The notes: generated by a model not told the origin, from the sequence alone. Shown: positions 37,024-46,449, counted from the first letter of the stretch. The stretch is 64,000 nucleotides of DNA from an uncultured Gemmatimonadales bacterium (GCA_963816355.1 CAWFKH010000003.1:128001-192000), one strand, 5' to 3'. Made by a program: numbers and translations.

Positions 37024-37913
37024 CGGGTCCCTCTCGTGTTGGCGCTTTCCGGCATGGCGTGGCAGTCGCTGCAGTTCCGGCCGGGCTGGTGCTCGGAGCG
37101 GGAGCGGTGGCAGCTCAGGCAGACGGCGCGGCTCAGGGGCAGCGCCGTGACGGTGCGGTCCCGGTGGCAACCCGCTCCTGCGCAGCCGCGGTGGGCGGCG
37201 ACGGTGTGCACGCCCGGCGATGGGGCAGGGTGGCAGAGCGCGCAGTTCGCGTCCGGGCGGTGATGCGAGGTGTGGCAGGTGACGCAGGTGAGGCCGAAGG
37301 CGTTGCTGCCGGGCTTCGTGTGGCAGCGCGTGCAGGCGAGCGAGCCGTGGCGCGCGTGCTCGAACGTGAGCTCCCGCTGCCGGGGCCCCGACCACACGGT
37401 CATCGCCAGCGTCTGGCGTACGGTCAGGCTCCGACGCGTGACGTCCGCGTGGCAGACGGGGCAGGTGCGCGGCGCGTTCGGTCCGTGATGGCAGGAGCGG
37501 CAGGAGGTCAGGTCGCCGGACGGCGGAGGCGCCGCCGTCGTGTCCGCCGCCTCGTGGCAGTCCAGGCACCGCGCGCCCGCCTGCAGGTGAGCGCCGTGGC
37601 CCGCGACCGTGCCGTGGCACGTCGAGCACGGAACGCCCCGGTGCCGGCCGTGCGGGAACGTCGCCTCGCCGGCCGCCGTGCCGCCCCGTCCCACGCCTTG
37701 GATCTGGAGGGAGGACGTCTCCAGAGCGGCAGCGGCGGCGGGAGGCGTCCCTGCTTGCGTGGCCGCTGCGGAGTCGGCCGCCGCGGAGTCGGCCGCCGCG
37801 GAGTCGGCCTCCTTCCCGGCGTCTCCGCTACAGGCGGCGAGCGCGAGGGCGGCGAGGATCGCCGCGGCGATCACGCCGGGCAGGCACCGCGACCTCGACG
37901 ACCGCGCTCGCAT
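37020..37913 (-). CDS. Multiheme cytochrome c lipoprotein (9 CXXCH + 1 CX4CH)
   Basis: LAAC lipobox; Ala-rich tether; FPHGRH/FEHARH c3/c7-like motifs; CAGAGCH. Confidence 0.88.
   Translation of the reverse strand: MRARSSRSRCLPGVIAAAILAALALAACSGDAGKEADSAAADSAAADSAAATQAGTPPAAAAALETSSLQIQGVGRGGTAAGEATFPHGRHRGVPCSTCHGTVAGHGAHLQAGARCLDCHEAADTTAAPPPSGDLTSCRSCHHGPNAPRTCPVCHADVTRRSLTVRQTLAMTVWSGPRQRELTFEHARHGSLACTRCHTKPGSNAFGLTCVTCHTSHHRPDANCALCHPAPSPGVHTVAAHRGCAGAGCHRDRTVTALPLSRAVCLSCHRSRSEHQPGRNCSDCHAMPESANTRGTR
37768..37809. repeat. 15-bp tandem repeat (about 2.8 copies) encoding an ADSAA linker
   Basis: GCGGAGTCGGCCGCC repeated. Confidence 0.8.
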
Positions 37914-37949
37914 CCTGGACCTCCTTCGCGATCCGCCGCGGCTCCGCGC

Positions 37950-39383
37950 TCACCGGTCCCGGCGCGGCAGGAGGTCGTCGAGGCTCACCGACGCGCTCGC
38001 CGTCACCCCGTAGTCCTTCTGGAGCTGCTTGACGCTCGCCGTCAGCAGCGCCTCCATCATGAACGGGTTGTGGATGGGCGAGCCGGGGAGAGCGCCGAGC
38101 GCTGCGTTGAACTTCGCGCCCTCGGCGGTCGAGATGCGGCCGTCCGACGTGTCGAACTCGGAGGCGGGCACCTTCGCCAGGAGCGCGTTCACCGTCGCCA
38201 CGAGGTCCTCGATCCGCTGCGTCGCGGCGCCGTATGCGAAGCGCGCGTTGTCCGCGCTGCCGTGGCAGGCGCTGTTCGCGCACGCCTCGAAGCTGCGCTG
38301 CTGCACCGTGCACCCTTCCTCGGTCGTCGGCCGGCCCTCCGCGTCCGGGCACGGAATCGCGACGAAGAGGTGGCCCGTCGAGTTGATCACCAGCGCGCCG
38401 CTCGCGTCGTTGATCCGCGACCGGTGCAGGTGGCACGTCACGCACAGATCCTCGTTCGCCGACGACGCGTGCGTCGGTCGGATGTCGTCCGTCGGCCCGA
38501 AGTCCGGCGAGCGCCAGCCCGCCTGACCCAGGAGCAGCGGACCCTCCGGCGACATCGGGCCGCGCGAGGAATTCACCTCCGGCTCCGGCCGGTAGTGGTG
38601 ACACTTCATGCACAGGTTCCCCTCCACGCTCGCCACGTCGATCGGGAAGCGGAGCTGCTTGTCGATCGTCGCGTTGTGCGGGTCGTGGCACACGATGCAC
38701 AGGATCGCGAGGTGTCCGCCGTTCTCCTCGAGACTGTCCTTCTCCAGGAAGTTCGGATCCTCGCCCCACGACCGCAGCGCCCCCTCGCCCGTGTGGCAGT
38801 TCTTGCACGGATCCCGATCGCCCGTGAAGCTCTGGTGCGGCACCTGGCCGTGGATCGACTGCGACCACTCCTCAAGGAACGGATTGTTCGCCCCGCTGTG
38901 GCACTCGCCGCAGCCGTTCGTCAGGTCCAGCCCCACCAGCACCGATGCGAGCGGCTGCGTCTCGTCCGGATTCGTCACGTGCGTCAGGCCCGGGCCGTGA
39001 CAGCTCTCGCACTGCACGTCCTGGTAGCGCGGGTCTGCCGTCGACGTCCACCCCACGTTCGGGTCCGTCACCCAGTTCCCCTTGGCGCCCACCGTGTGGC
39101 ACCCCTCGCAGGACGCCGCCGCGTGGTCGCTCGCCTGCAGATCCTTGAACGCGTGCGAGTGCGCCGTCCCCTGCCACTCCGCGTAGTGCCCCACGTGGCA
39201 GTTCCCGCACACCGGCTTGCCCGCGGCCACGTCGCTGTAGCCCAGGAACCCCTGCGCCGCCGCGGGCGGCTGCTCGAAGAGGGGCTTGTCCACCAGCACC
39301 CGCTGCGTGTCCACGCAGGCCGCCAGCGAGAGCGCCACCAGGACCGCCATGGCGATCCGCCCAGTGCGTTCGCGTACCCGCAT
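37950..39383 (-). CDS. Multiheme cytochrome c lipoprotein (8 CXXCH + 1 CX4CH), c554/c552-like N-terminus
   Basis: LAAC lipobox; CGNCH...EWQGTAHSHA, CEGCH, VQCESCHGPG, CGECH, CKNCH, CIVCHDPH, CMKCH, CVTCH, CANSACH; GAGGAGG RBS. Confidence 0.9.
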   Translation of the reverse strand: MRVRERTGRIAMAVLVALSLAACVDTQRVLVDKPLFEQPPAAAQGFLGYSDVAAGKPVCGNCHVGHYAEWQGTAHSHAFKDLQASDHAAASCEGCHTVGAKGNWVTDPNVGWTSTADPRYQDVQCESCHGPGLTHVTNPDETQPLASVLVGLDLTNGCGECHSGANNPFLEEWSQSIHGQVPHQSFTGDRDPCKNCHTGEGALRSWGEDPNFLEKDSLEENGGHLAILCIVCHDPHNATIDKQLRFPIDVASVEGNLCMKCHHYRPEPEVNSSRGPMSPEGPLLLGQAGWRSPDFGPTDDIRPTHASSANEDLCVTCHLHRSRINDASGALVINSTGHLFVAIPCPDAEGRPTTEEGCTVQQRSFEACANSACHGSADNARFAYGAATQRIEDLVATVNALLAKVPASEFDTSDGRISTAEGAKFNAALGALPGSPIHNPFMMEALLTASVKQLQKDYGVTASASVSLDDLLPRRDR

Positions 39384-39459
39384 CGGAACCCCCTCCTCTT
39401 CGTGCGTTCTTGCTCCGGTCACGCGGCAGCCGTGTGCGCGCCGCACGATCGAACGTTCG

Positions 39460-39475
39460 TTCAAGCTGCGTGCCC
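39460..39475 (-). promoter_or_regulatory. Candidate sigma54 (-24/-12) promoter for the cytochrome operon
   Basis: Minus strand GGGCACG-CAGC-TTGA versus consensus TGGCACG-N4-TTGC; about 77 nt upstream of ATG 39383. Confidence 0.55.
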
Positions 39476-39515
39476 CGATCGGTGAATTCGTGGAACCGCT
39501 TGCAGGCCATGCAGA

Positions 39516-39600
39516 TGCGGCAGATTTACCGGGCGAACACGGGCGTCGTGAACGGGGGATCCGGCGCATCGGGCACGGCTGTGGTGGGGCAAATGACGCA
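39516..39600. promoter_or_regulatory. Two related imperfect palindromes (candidate upstream activator sites)
   Basis: TGCGGCAGATTTACCG (39516-31) and TGGGGCAAATGACGCA (39585-600). Confidence 0.45.
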
Positions 39601-39725
39601 CCTCCGGGCGAGCGCGCGGCGGAGCGAATGAAACGGGGGTACGGCGCGAGCCGCCCCCCGTATTCGTGCTATCGTGGCGCGGGGCGTGAAGGCGGATGCA
39701 ACGCCGATCCCGCAACGGGTCACTC

Positions 39726-40370
39726 ATGGACGTGACGATCGAAGCGCGCGTGATGGAGCCGACGGACCGGGAGCTTGCCGGCCGTGTGCGCAGCCACGGG
39801 GACGAGGCGGCGTTCCGTCTACTCTACCGGCGGCACACGCCGCGCCTGTGGGCGGTGGCGTTGCGCATGCTCGGCGGCGACGCGGCGCGAGAGGAGGCGG
39901 AGGAGGCGGTGCAGGACGCGTGGGTGCGCGCAGTGCGGGGGCTTGCGGGATTCCGGTGGGAGTCCTCGTTCTCGACGTGGTTGACCGGCATCGCGTTGAA
40001 CCGGTGCCGCGAGACGGTGCGGCGGCGCATGCGGCGGCGCGAAGTGGCGGTGGAGGGGGTCGGAGGCGAGGGCGGCGGCGCGCCGGGCGGAGGCGGGGCG
40101 GGAGGCGGCGTGGCGCGGGCGGGGATCGACGGTGCGCCGCTCGCCGCCGCGACCGATCCGGGGCGGCGCCTGGACCTCGAGCAGGCGATCGCCGCGCTGC
40201 CGGACGGCTACCGTACGGTTCTGGTGCTGCACGACGTCGAGGGGTTCACGCACGAGGAGATCAGCGATCGGTTGTCGATCGCGGTCGGCACGTCTCGCAG
40301 CCAGCTGCTGCGCGCGCGCCGGGCGATGCGGCGACTGCTCTCGGAAGGAGAAGGCGATGTCGAAGGATGA
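39726..40370 (+). CDS. ECF RNA polymerase sigma factor
   Basis: GDEAAFRLLYRRH, AEEAVQDAW, SSFSTWL, LPDGYRTVLVLHDVEGFTHEEI, GTSRSQL. Confidence 0.92.
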   Translation: MDVTIEARVMEPTDRELAGRVRSHGDEAAFRLLYRRHTPRLWAVALRMLGGDAAREEAEEAVQDAWVRAVRGLAGFRWESSFSTWLTGIALNRCRETVRRRMRRREVAVEGVGGEGGGAPGGGGAGGGVARAGIDGAPLAAATDPGRRLDLEQAIAALPDGYRTVLVLHDVEGFTHEEISDRLSIAVGTSRSQLLRARRAMRRLLSEGEGDVEG

Positions 40371-41085
40371 AGCGGTGACGCCGGAGGGGCGGGGGGAGGA
40401 GGAGGCGGCGCGGCTGGACACGGCGGACGATGGGGACGGCCTGACGCCGGAGGAGCGGCGGGCGTTCGAGGCGCTTGGGCGCACGGCGGCCCCGCCGGCT
40501 GCGCTGGAGGAGCGGACGGTGGTGGCGCTGCGGGAGCGGGGGCTGCTCGGCGGGCGAGGCGTCGTCGCCGCGGCGGGAGGCAGAGCGGCGGGAGGCAGAG
40601 CGGCGGGAGGCAGAGCGGCGGGGGGCAGGCTGGCCGGCACGGGCGCGCGTTGGGGGCGGATCGCCGCGGCGGGAGGGGCGCTCGGCCGCGGGTGGTGGGC
40701 GGCGGGAGTGGCGGCGGCGCTCGCCCTCTTCCTGGCCGGGGTGGTGGTGGGGCAGGCCCGCGCGGCGGCGACGGCGGGCGAGCTGGTGCGCGCGCTGCGT
40801 GAGGCGACGCCGTCGGAGCGGCCGGCGCTCGTGCAGCGGACCGGCTCGCTCTACGTGGAGTCGCTCGCCCGTCTGGTCGATTCGCAGCGGAGCGGCGAGC
40901 ACGCCTCGGTGGGCACGGGGGTCGAAGTCGGCATCGCGGCGCTGCACGCCGCGGCGGTCGAGCTCGCGCGGCTGCACCCGGAGGATCCGCGGCTCCGCCG
41001 CGTTCTGGACGTGCTGGAGGAGGACGCCCGCAGTGAGAACCCCGGGCAGCCGGTCGCGCCGCGGGGGCCGGTACACTGGTTCTGA
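40357..41085 (+). CDS. Single-TM protein, probable anti-sigma factor
   Basis: Overlaps the sigma gene's end; PPAALEERTV motif; TM segment WWAAGVAAALALFLAGVVVG. Confidence 0.6.
   Translation: MSKDEAVTPEGRGEEEAARLDTADDGDGLTPEERRAFEALGRTAAPPAALEERTVVALRERGLLGGRGVVAAAGGRAAGGRAAGGRAAGGRLAGTGARWGRIAAAGGALGRGWWAAGVAAALALFLAGVVVGQARAAATAGELVRALREATPSERPALVQRTGSLYVESLARLVDSQRSGEHASVGTGVEVGIAALHAAAVELARLHPEDPRLRRVLDVLEEDARSENPGQPVAPRGPVHWF
40570..40629. repeat. 15-bp tandem repeat, 3 perfect + 1 imperfect copy (AAGGR x4)
   Basis: GCGGCGGGAGGCAGA repeated in frame. Confidence 0.85.
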
Positions 41086-41101
41086 GCGCTGGAGGTTGGA
41101 G

Positions 41102-42280
41102 ATGAAGCGATACACCGGAAGCTCGGAGCGGACGCGGGTCGTGCGGCCCCGCCGCCGCTGCGTTGCGGCGCTGGTGCTCGCCGCGCTCGCGGTCACCGCA
41201 CCGCTCGTCGCGCAGGCGAAGGACGAGGCGTGCGATGCGTCGCATGGCTCGATCGGGATCAACGGCATGAGCTGCGAGGGGTGCAGCTTCAAGATGGGGA
41301 AGAACGGCATCGTCGAGGCCAGATTCCGCACGGAGCCGGTGGTGCTCAGCGTGCTTCCCGGCGTTGCCCGCGGGGACGCGCTCCGGCGCGGGGACCGCAT
41401 CGTCTCGATCAATGGCGCGCTCATCAGCACGGGCGCGGGCGGAGGCCGCCTGGTGCACCTGCGGCCGGGCGCAACAGTGGTCGTCCGGGTCCGCCGCGAT
41501 GGCGACGTGGCCGACCTGCACATGATCGCCGGCAGCGGATGCGACGAGTTCCGCGCGAGGGCCTCCTCGCCGCCGCTGCCGCCGATCGGCAGCGTCATCG
41601 AGCCGGCGCCGCTGCCGCCGCTGCCCGAGCCCGCGGCGCGCGCAGAGCCGGCACCGCTCGCCGCTCCGGCGGTCCCCCCCCGCCAGCCGAGCGCCGAGCC
41701 GAGCGCCGCGCCGAGCGTCGCGCCGCATGCGACCCCGGCGCCGCTCCCGCGCCGCGCGGGGGCGCGGGCGCCGCGCTCCGTCGTCGTCGGCGCCGCGCGC
41801 CTGCCGCCCGCCGCCTACCTCGGCTTCGGCCTCTCCTGCTCCGCGTGCGGGGTCGCTTCCGGCGAGTGGTCGTTCAGCGCTCCGCCGGCCGTAGCCGGCG
41901 TGGCGCCTGGCAGCCCGGCCGCGAGCGCTGGCATCCTGCCGGGCGACGAGCTGCTTCGTCTCGACGGGCTGCCGCTGACCAGCCCGCGCGGTGCGCGCCG
42001 CTTCTCGTCCATCGAGCCGGGGGACACGCTGCGCTGGAGCGTGCGGCGGGCCGGCCGGGTGAGCGAGCACCGGTTCGTCGCGAGCGCGCCGCGCGACCCC
42101 GCGCCGGCCGCGTCTGCGTCTCCTGCGCTGGATGCCAGCGTCCTGCGCTTCCGCGGCCGCATCGGCGACACCGACGTCGAGGTGCGCGGCGGACCGGTCA
42201 CGGTGACCCGTGACGAGGCGACGGGCGAGGTGGTGATCCGCACGGCGGCCTCCGTGATCCGCCTGCGCCCGGCACACTGA
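41102..42280 (+). CDS. Exported protein with two PDZ-like domains and a Pro/Ala linker
   Basis: Signal peptide; LRRGDRIVSING and VAPGSPAASAGILPGDELLRLDG; GGAGG RBS. Confidence 0.75.
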   Translation: MKRYTGSSERTRVVRPRRRCVAALVLAALAVTAPLVAQAKDEACDASHGSIGINGMSCEGCSFKMGKNGIVEARFRTEPVVLSVLPGVARGDALRRGDRIVSINGALISTGAGGGRLVHLRPGATVVVRVRRDGDVADLHMIAGSGCDEFRARASSPPLPPIGSVIEPAPLPPLPEPAARAEPAPLAAPAVPPRQPSAEPSAAPSVAPHATPAPLPRRAGARAPRSVVVGAARLPPAAYLGFGLSCSACGVASGEWSFSAPPAVAGVAPGSPAASAGILPGDELLRLDGLPLTSPRGARRFSSIEPGDTLRWSVRRAGRVSEHRFVASAPRDPAPAASASPALDASVLRFRGRIGDTDVEVRGGPVTVTRDEATGEVVIRTAASVIRLRPAH

Positions 42281-42413
42281 GGCGTTCCGGGGCGGCGGGC
42301 GAACGAGGAACTTCCCCGACAGGCGCGTCGACTCTCTCCCCACAGATGATCCCCTACGCGGCGCCTATCTTGGGCGCGGCGAGATCGGACCGTCCGTTCG
42401 AGGAGGGGAGGGT

Positions 42414-43781
42414 ATGGAGAGCTCGTTGCTGGCGCCCTCGCCGGCGCTGCAGGACCTGCCAGCGTCGCCCGCGGCCGGTGCCGCACGCTTCGCCGCGCGG
42501 GTGGCACGCATCGGGACGGAGCGCGCGTTCCGGATCGGCGATCGGATCCGCGCCGTGGAGGCGGAGTCCGGGCCGGTGATCCGGTGCAACCTGGGACAGC
42601 CGGACTTCGCCCTGCCGTCGCACATCCGTGAGGCGGTCGAGCGCGCGCTGCGGGAGGGGAGGACCGGCTACTGCGATCCGCAGGGGCTGCCGGAGCTGCG
42701 CGCGACGATCGCGGCGGACGTGGGGGAGAGGCGCGGGCTGGAGATCGATCCGGCGCGCGTCGTCGTCTTTCCGGGGGCACGGGCGCCGATCGGCTTCGCG
42801 CAGCAGACGTACTGCGAGCCGGGCGACGACGTGATTTACCCCACGCCGGGCTATCCCCTTTTCGAGTCGTTCACGGCGTACGTGGGCGCACGGCCGGTGC
42901 CGCTGCACCTGGAGGAGTGGGCCGGCTTCGCGCTGACGGCGGAACGGCTGGCGCCGCTGATCGGCCCCCGGACGTCGCTGATCTTCCTGAACTTTCCGTC
43001 GAACCCGACGGGCGGCGTAGCGACGCAGGCGCAGCTCGAGGCGCTGGCGGAGGTGATTCTGTCGAGGGCGCCCGCGCACGTGCGGGTCTACTCGGACGAA
43101 TCGTACGAAGCGATCGTCTTCGATGGCGAGGCGCACCGCTCGATCGCGTCCGTGCCGGGGATGGCGGAGCGGACGATCGTCACGTCGGGTGTCTCGAAGA
43201 CCTACGCGTGGACGGGTGGCCGCGTGGGCTGGGCGGTGCTGCCGACGGCGCGCGAAGCGGCCGTCTTCACGAACCTCAACATCAACTACTTCGCGTCGAT
43301 CTCGCCGTATAACCAGCTCGGCGCGAAGGCGGCGATCGAGTCACCGGAGAGCGTGCCGGCGGTCGAGCGCATGGTGGCGGCGTTCGCGGAGCGGCGCGAC
43401 GCGGTCCTCGCCGCGCTGCGCCGCGTCGACGGCGTGAGCTGCCAGGTGCCGCGCGGCGCCTTCTATCTCTTTCCGAACGTCGGGAGTCTGCTGGAGCGGA
43501 TCGGCGCGATCGGGGCGTTCGACGCGCTGCCGCCGGAAGCGCGGCGCGAGTCCAGTCCCGCGACGCTCTTCCAGCTCTTCCTCCTGCACCGCTACCGCGT
43601 GGCGACGATGGATCGTCGCTCCTTCGGCGCCCTCGAGAGCGACGGCGAGCACTTCCTCCGCATCTCGATCGCGACCGGCATCGACGACCTGCTCGAGGCG
43701 GTCGAGCGGATCGCCGTCGCGGCGCGGGACGTCGACGGATTCCGCGCCTTCCTCCGCGAGGGGCGGGCGCTCTCCTTCTGA
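42414..43781 (+). CDS. PLP-dependent aminotransferase class I/II
   Basis: LGQPDF, NFPSNPTG, YSDESY, SKTYAWTGGRVG, GAFYLF. Confidence 0.9.
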   Translation: MESSLLAPSPALQDLPASPAAGAARFAARVARIGTERAFRIGDRIRAVEAESGPVIRCNLGQPDFALPSHIREAVERALREGRTGYCDPQGLPELRATIAADVGERRGLEIDPARVVVFPGARAPIGFAQQTYCEPGDDVIYPTPGYPLFESFTAYVGARPVPLHLEEWAGFALTAERLAPLIGPRTSLIFLNFPSNPTGGVATQAQLEALAEVILSRAPAHVRVYSDESYEAIVFDGEAHRSIASVPGMAERTIVTSGVSKTYAWTGGRVGWAVLPTAREAAVFTNLNINYFASISPYNQLGAKAAIESPESVPAVERMVAAFAERRDAVLAALRRVDGVSCQVPRGAFYLFPNVGSLLERIGAIGAFDALPPEARRESSPATLFQLFLLHRYRVATMDRRSFGALESDGEHFLRISIATGIDDLLEAVERIAVAARDVDGFRAFLREGRALSF

Positions 43782-43794
43782 GCGAGCGGTCACC

Positions 43795-46164
43795 ATGACG
43801 ATGCGATTCGGGCCGCGCCGCAGCGTGCTGGTGGAGATCGAGAGCGCGGACGCTCCCCGGGAGGCGGGGATCCTGTCCGCGCTCGAGCGCTTCGACGTGG
43901 TCTACCGCACGCTCTGCGCGATCCTCTACAACTACGCGCCGACCTCCGGCCACCCGGGAGGATCGATCTCCTCCGGCCGTTTCGTCGCGTCGCTCCTCTT
44001 CGACGGCCTCGATCACGACCTGTCCGATCCGGCGCGCCGCGACGCCGACCTCGTCTCCTATGCGGCGGGCCACAAGGCGCTGGGCCTCTACGCGCTGTGG
44101 GCGCTGCGCGACGAGGTGGCGCGCATCGCCGCGCCGGAGCTGCTTCCGGACGACGTCGCACGCCGCCTGCGACTCGAGGACCTGCTCGGCTTCCGGCGCA
44201 ACCCGATCGCGGGCACGCCGCTGCTCGCCGCGCTCGGCGCGAAGACGCTGGACGGGCACCCGACGCCGGCGACGCCGTTCGTTCCACTGGCGACGGGCGC
44301 CTCCGGCGTCGGCTTCGCCGGCTCGCTCGGCCTCGCCCTCGCCGCCGCGGACGCCTACGGCGTGGGCGCTGCGCCGCGCGTCCACATCGTCGAGGGAGAG
44401 GGAGGCCTGACGCCGGGCCGGGTGTCGGAGGCGCTCGCGTTCGCCGGCACCGCTTCGCTGGGAAACGCGATCGTGCATCTCGACTGGAACCAGGCGTCGA
44501 TCGATTCGAACCACGTGACCCGCGAAGGCGCGGAGCCGGGCGACTACGTGCAGTGGGAGCCGGCCGAGCTGTTCTACCTGCACGACTGGAACGTCGTCGT
44601 CGTCCGCGACGGCACCGATCTCGGCGCGATCGCGGCGGCGCAGCGCCGCGCCCTCGAGCTCGACACCGGCCAACCCACGGCGATCGTCTACCGCACCACG
44701 AAGGGGTGGCAGTACGGCATCGAAGGCCGCGCCTCGCACGGCGCCGGACACCCGCTCTGCTCGCCGGGCTTCTACGACGCGCTCGCGCCGCTCCTCGGCG
44801 ACGACGCGGCGACGCTGCCGCGCTGTGAGGCGGGCCGTACGCGCTGCCTGGACGGCGCGCTCAAGGCGCAGGTCGAGACGTGCTACTGGGAGGCGCTGAG
44901 CCTCGTGCGGCGGGCGCTGGAGGCGAATCCGGCCACCGTCGCCGCGCTGGCGGACCGCCTGCGCGCCGCGCGCGAAAGGCTCGACGCGCGCGGGCGTGCG
45001 CGCCGCGCCGGCGCCCCGGACGTCGGCCGCGTCTTCGCGGCGGCGACGTCGCAGGCGACGCCACCGGAGCTCGCGCTCGAGCCGGGGGCTCGCGTCACCC
45101 TGCGCGGCCAGCTCGGCAAGGCGCTCGGTCATCTCAACCGCCAGAGCGGCGGCGCGCTCCTGATCGCTTCGGCGGACCTCCTCGGCTCGACCTCCGTCGC
45201 CGAGGCGGCGAAAGGCTTCGATCCCGGCTTCTACAACGCGACGCGCAACCCCGGCGCACGCCTCGTCGCGACGGGCGGCATCGCCGAGGACGCGATGAGC
45301 GCGATCCTCGCCGGCCTCTCCAGCTTCGGCGAGCACATCGGCGTCGGCTCCTCCTACGCCGCCTTCCTCGCGCCGCTCGGGCACGTGGCCGCCCGCCTGC
45401 ACGCGATCGGCGCTCAGGCGCGCCAGGCCGCGTTCGGCGAGCCGCGGCGGCCATTCGTCCTCGTGTGCGGCCACGCGGGGCTGAAGACCGGCGAGGACGG
45501 ACCCACGCACGCGGATCCGCAGGCGCTGCAACTGCTACAGGAGAACTTTCCGCCCGGCGCCATGGTCACGCTCACGCCGTGGGAGCCGTCCGAGATCTGG
45601 CCGCTCCTGGCGCGCGCGCTCGCCGTGCGCCCGGCGACGATCGCGCCGTTCGTGACTCGCCCCACCGAGATCGTGCCCGACCGCGATGCGATCGGCCTCG
45701 CGGCCCCCGAGGCCGCCGCCGCCGGCGTCTATCTCCTGCGCGAGCCGCGCCGCGGCCACGACGCGACCGTCGTGCTGCAGGGCTCCGAGGTCGCGATCGC
45801 GTTCGTCCGCGACGCGCTTCCGATCCTCGAGCGCGAAACGGTCGACGTCGCGGCCTACTACGTGGCCAGCGCCGAGCTCTTCGATACGCTGCCGCTGGCC
45901 GAGCGCGAGCGGATCCTGCCCGGCGCCCTGGCCGACGAGGCGATCGGCATCACCGGCTTCACGCTGCCGACCCTCTACCGCTGGATCCGCTCAGACCTCG
46001 GCCGCGCCAACAGCCTGCACCCCTACCGCAACGGTCGCTTCCCCGGGAGCGGCCCCGGCGACCTCGTCGTCGCGGAGGCCGGCCTCGACGGCGCCAGCCA
46101 GGCACGCGCCATCATCCGACACGTGCAGGCGCTGCGCGAAAGCCGCGTACACGCCTACGGCTGA
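43795..46164 (+). CDS. Transketolase-like ThDP enzyme
   Basis: SGHPGG, AGH, DGHP, GEG...N, TTKGW, SADL, GIAE, GEDGPTH. Confidence 0.85.
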   Translation: MTMRFGPRRSVLVEIESADAPREAGILSALERFDVVYRTLCAILYNYAPTSGHPGGSISSGRFVASLLFDGLDHDLSDPARRDADLVSYAAGHKALGLYALWALRDEVARIAAPELLPDDVARRLRLEDLLGFRRNPIAGTPLLAALGAKTLDGHPTPATPFVPLATGASGVGFAGSLGLALAAADAYGVGAAPRVHIVEGEGGLTPGRVSEALAFAGTASLGNAIVHLDWNQASIDSNHVTREGAEPGDYVQWEPAELFYLHDWNVVVVRDGTDLGAIAAAQRRALELDTGQPTAIVYRTTKGWQYGIEGRASHGAGHPLCSPGFYDALAPLLGDDAATLPRCEAGRTRCLDGALKAQVETCYWEALSLVRRALEANPATVAALADRLRAARERLDARGRARRAGAPDVGRVFAAATSQATPPELALEPGARVTLRGQLGKALGHLNRQSGGALLIASADLLGSTSVAEAAKGFDPGFYNATRNPGARLVATGGIAEDAMSAILAGLSSFGEHIGVGSSYAAFLAPLGHVAARLHAIGAQARQAAFGEPRRPFVLVCGHAGLKTGEDGPTHADPQALQLLQENFPPGAMVTLTPWEPSEIWPLLARALAVRPATIAPFVTRPTEIVPDRDAIGLAAPEAAAAGVYLLREPRRGHDATVVLQGSEVAIAFVRDALPILERETVDVAAYYVASAELFDTLPLAERERILPGALADEAIGITGFTLPTLYRWIRSDLGRANSLHPYRNGRFPGSGPGDLVVAEAGLDGASQARAIIRHVQALRESRVHAYG

Positions 46165-46436
46165 GACGCCGCGCCGCGCCCCGCGTAGATGCGGTCCAGC
46201 TCGCGTTCGTACTCCTCGACCGTGATGCGGCCGTTCACGTATTCCCGCTGCGCCCGCTCGAGGGGTGATTCCGGCGGGAGCGCCCGCGGTCGCGGCGCCT
46301 CCGCCACTTCCGCGCGCTGCTCCGCGTAGCCCCCCCACCGCCGCCTCCACCGCTCCCGCCGCGCCCACCGCGCCCGCCGCCGCGCCGACACCAGAAACCA
46401 GATGACCGCCCCGATCACCAGCCATTCGGGAAACAT
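46155..46436 (-). CDS. Small membrane protein with SHOCT domain
   Basis: N-terminal TM; PLERAQREYVNGRITVEEYE. Confidence 0.75.
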   Translation of the reverse strand: MFPEWLVIGAVIWFLVSARRRARWARRERWRRRWGGYAEQRAEVAEAPRPRALPPESPLERAQREYVNGRITVEEYERELDRIYAGRGAASQP

Positions 46437-46449
46437 GCGCCCGCTCCTC

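Noticed and set aside
37768..40629. Short tandem repeats as CRISPR or phase-variation tracts
   Set aside because: No spacers or cas genes; 15-bp units keep the frame and encode linkers
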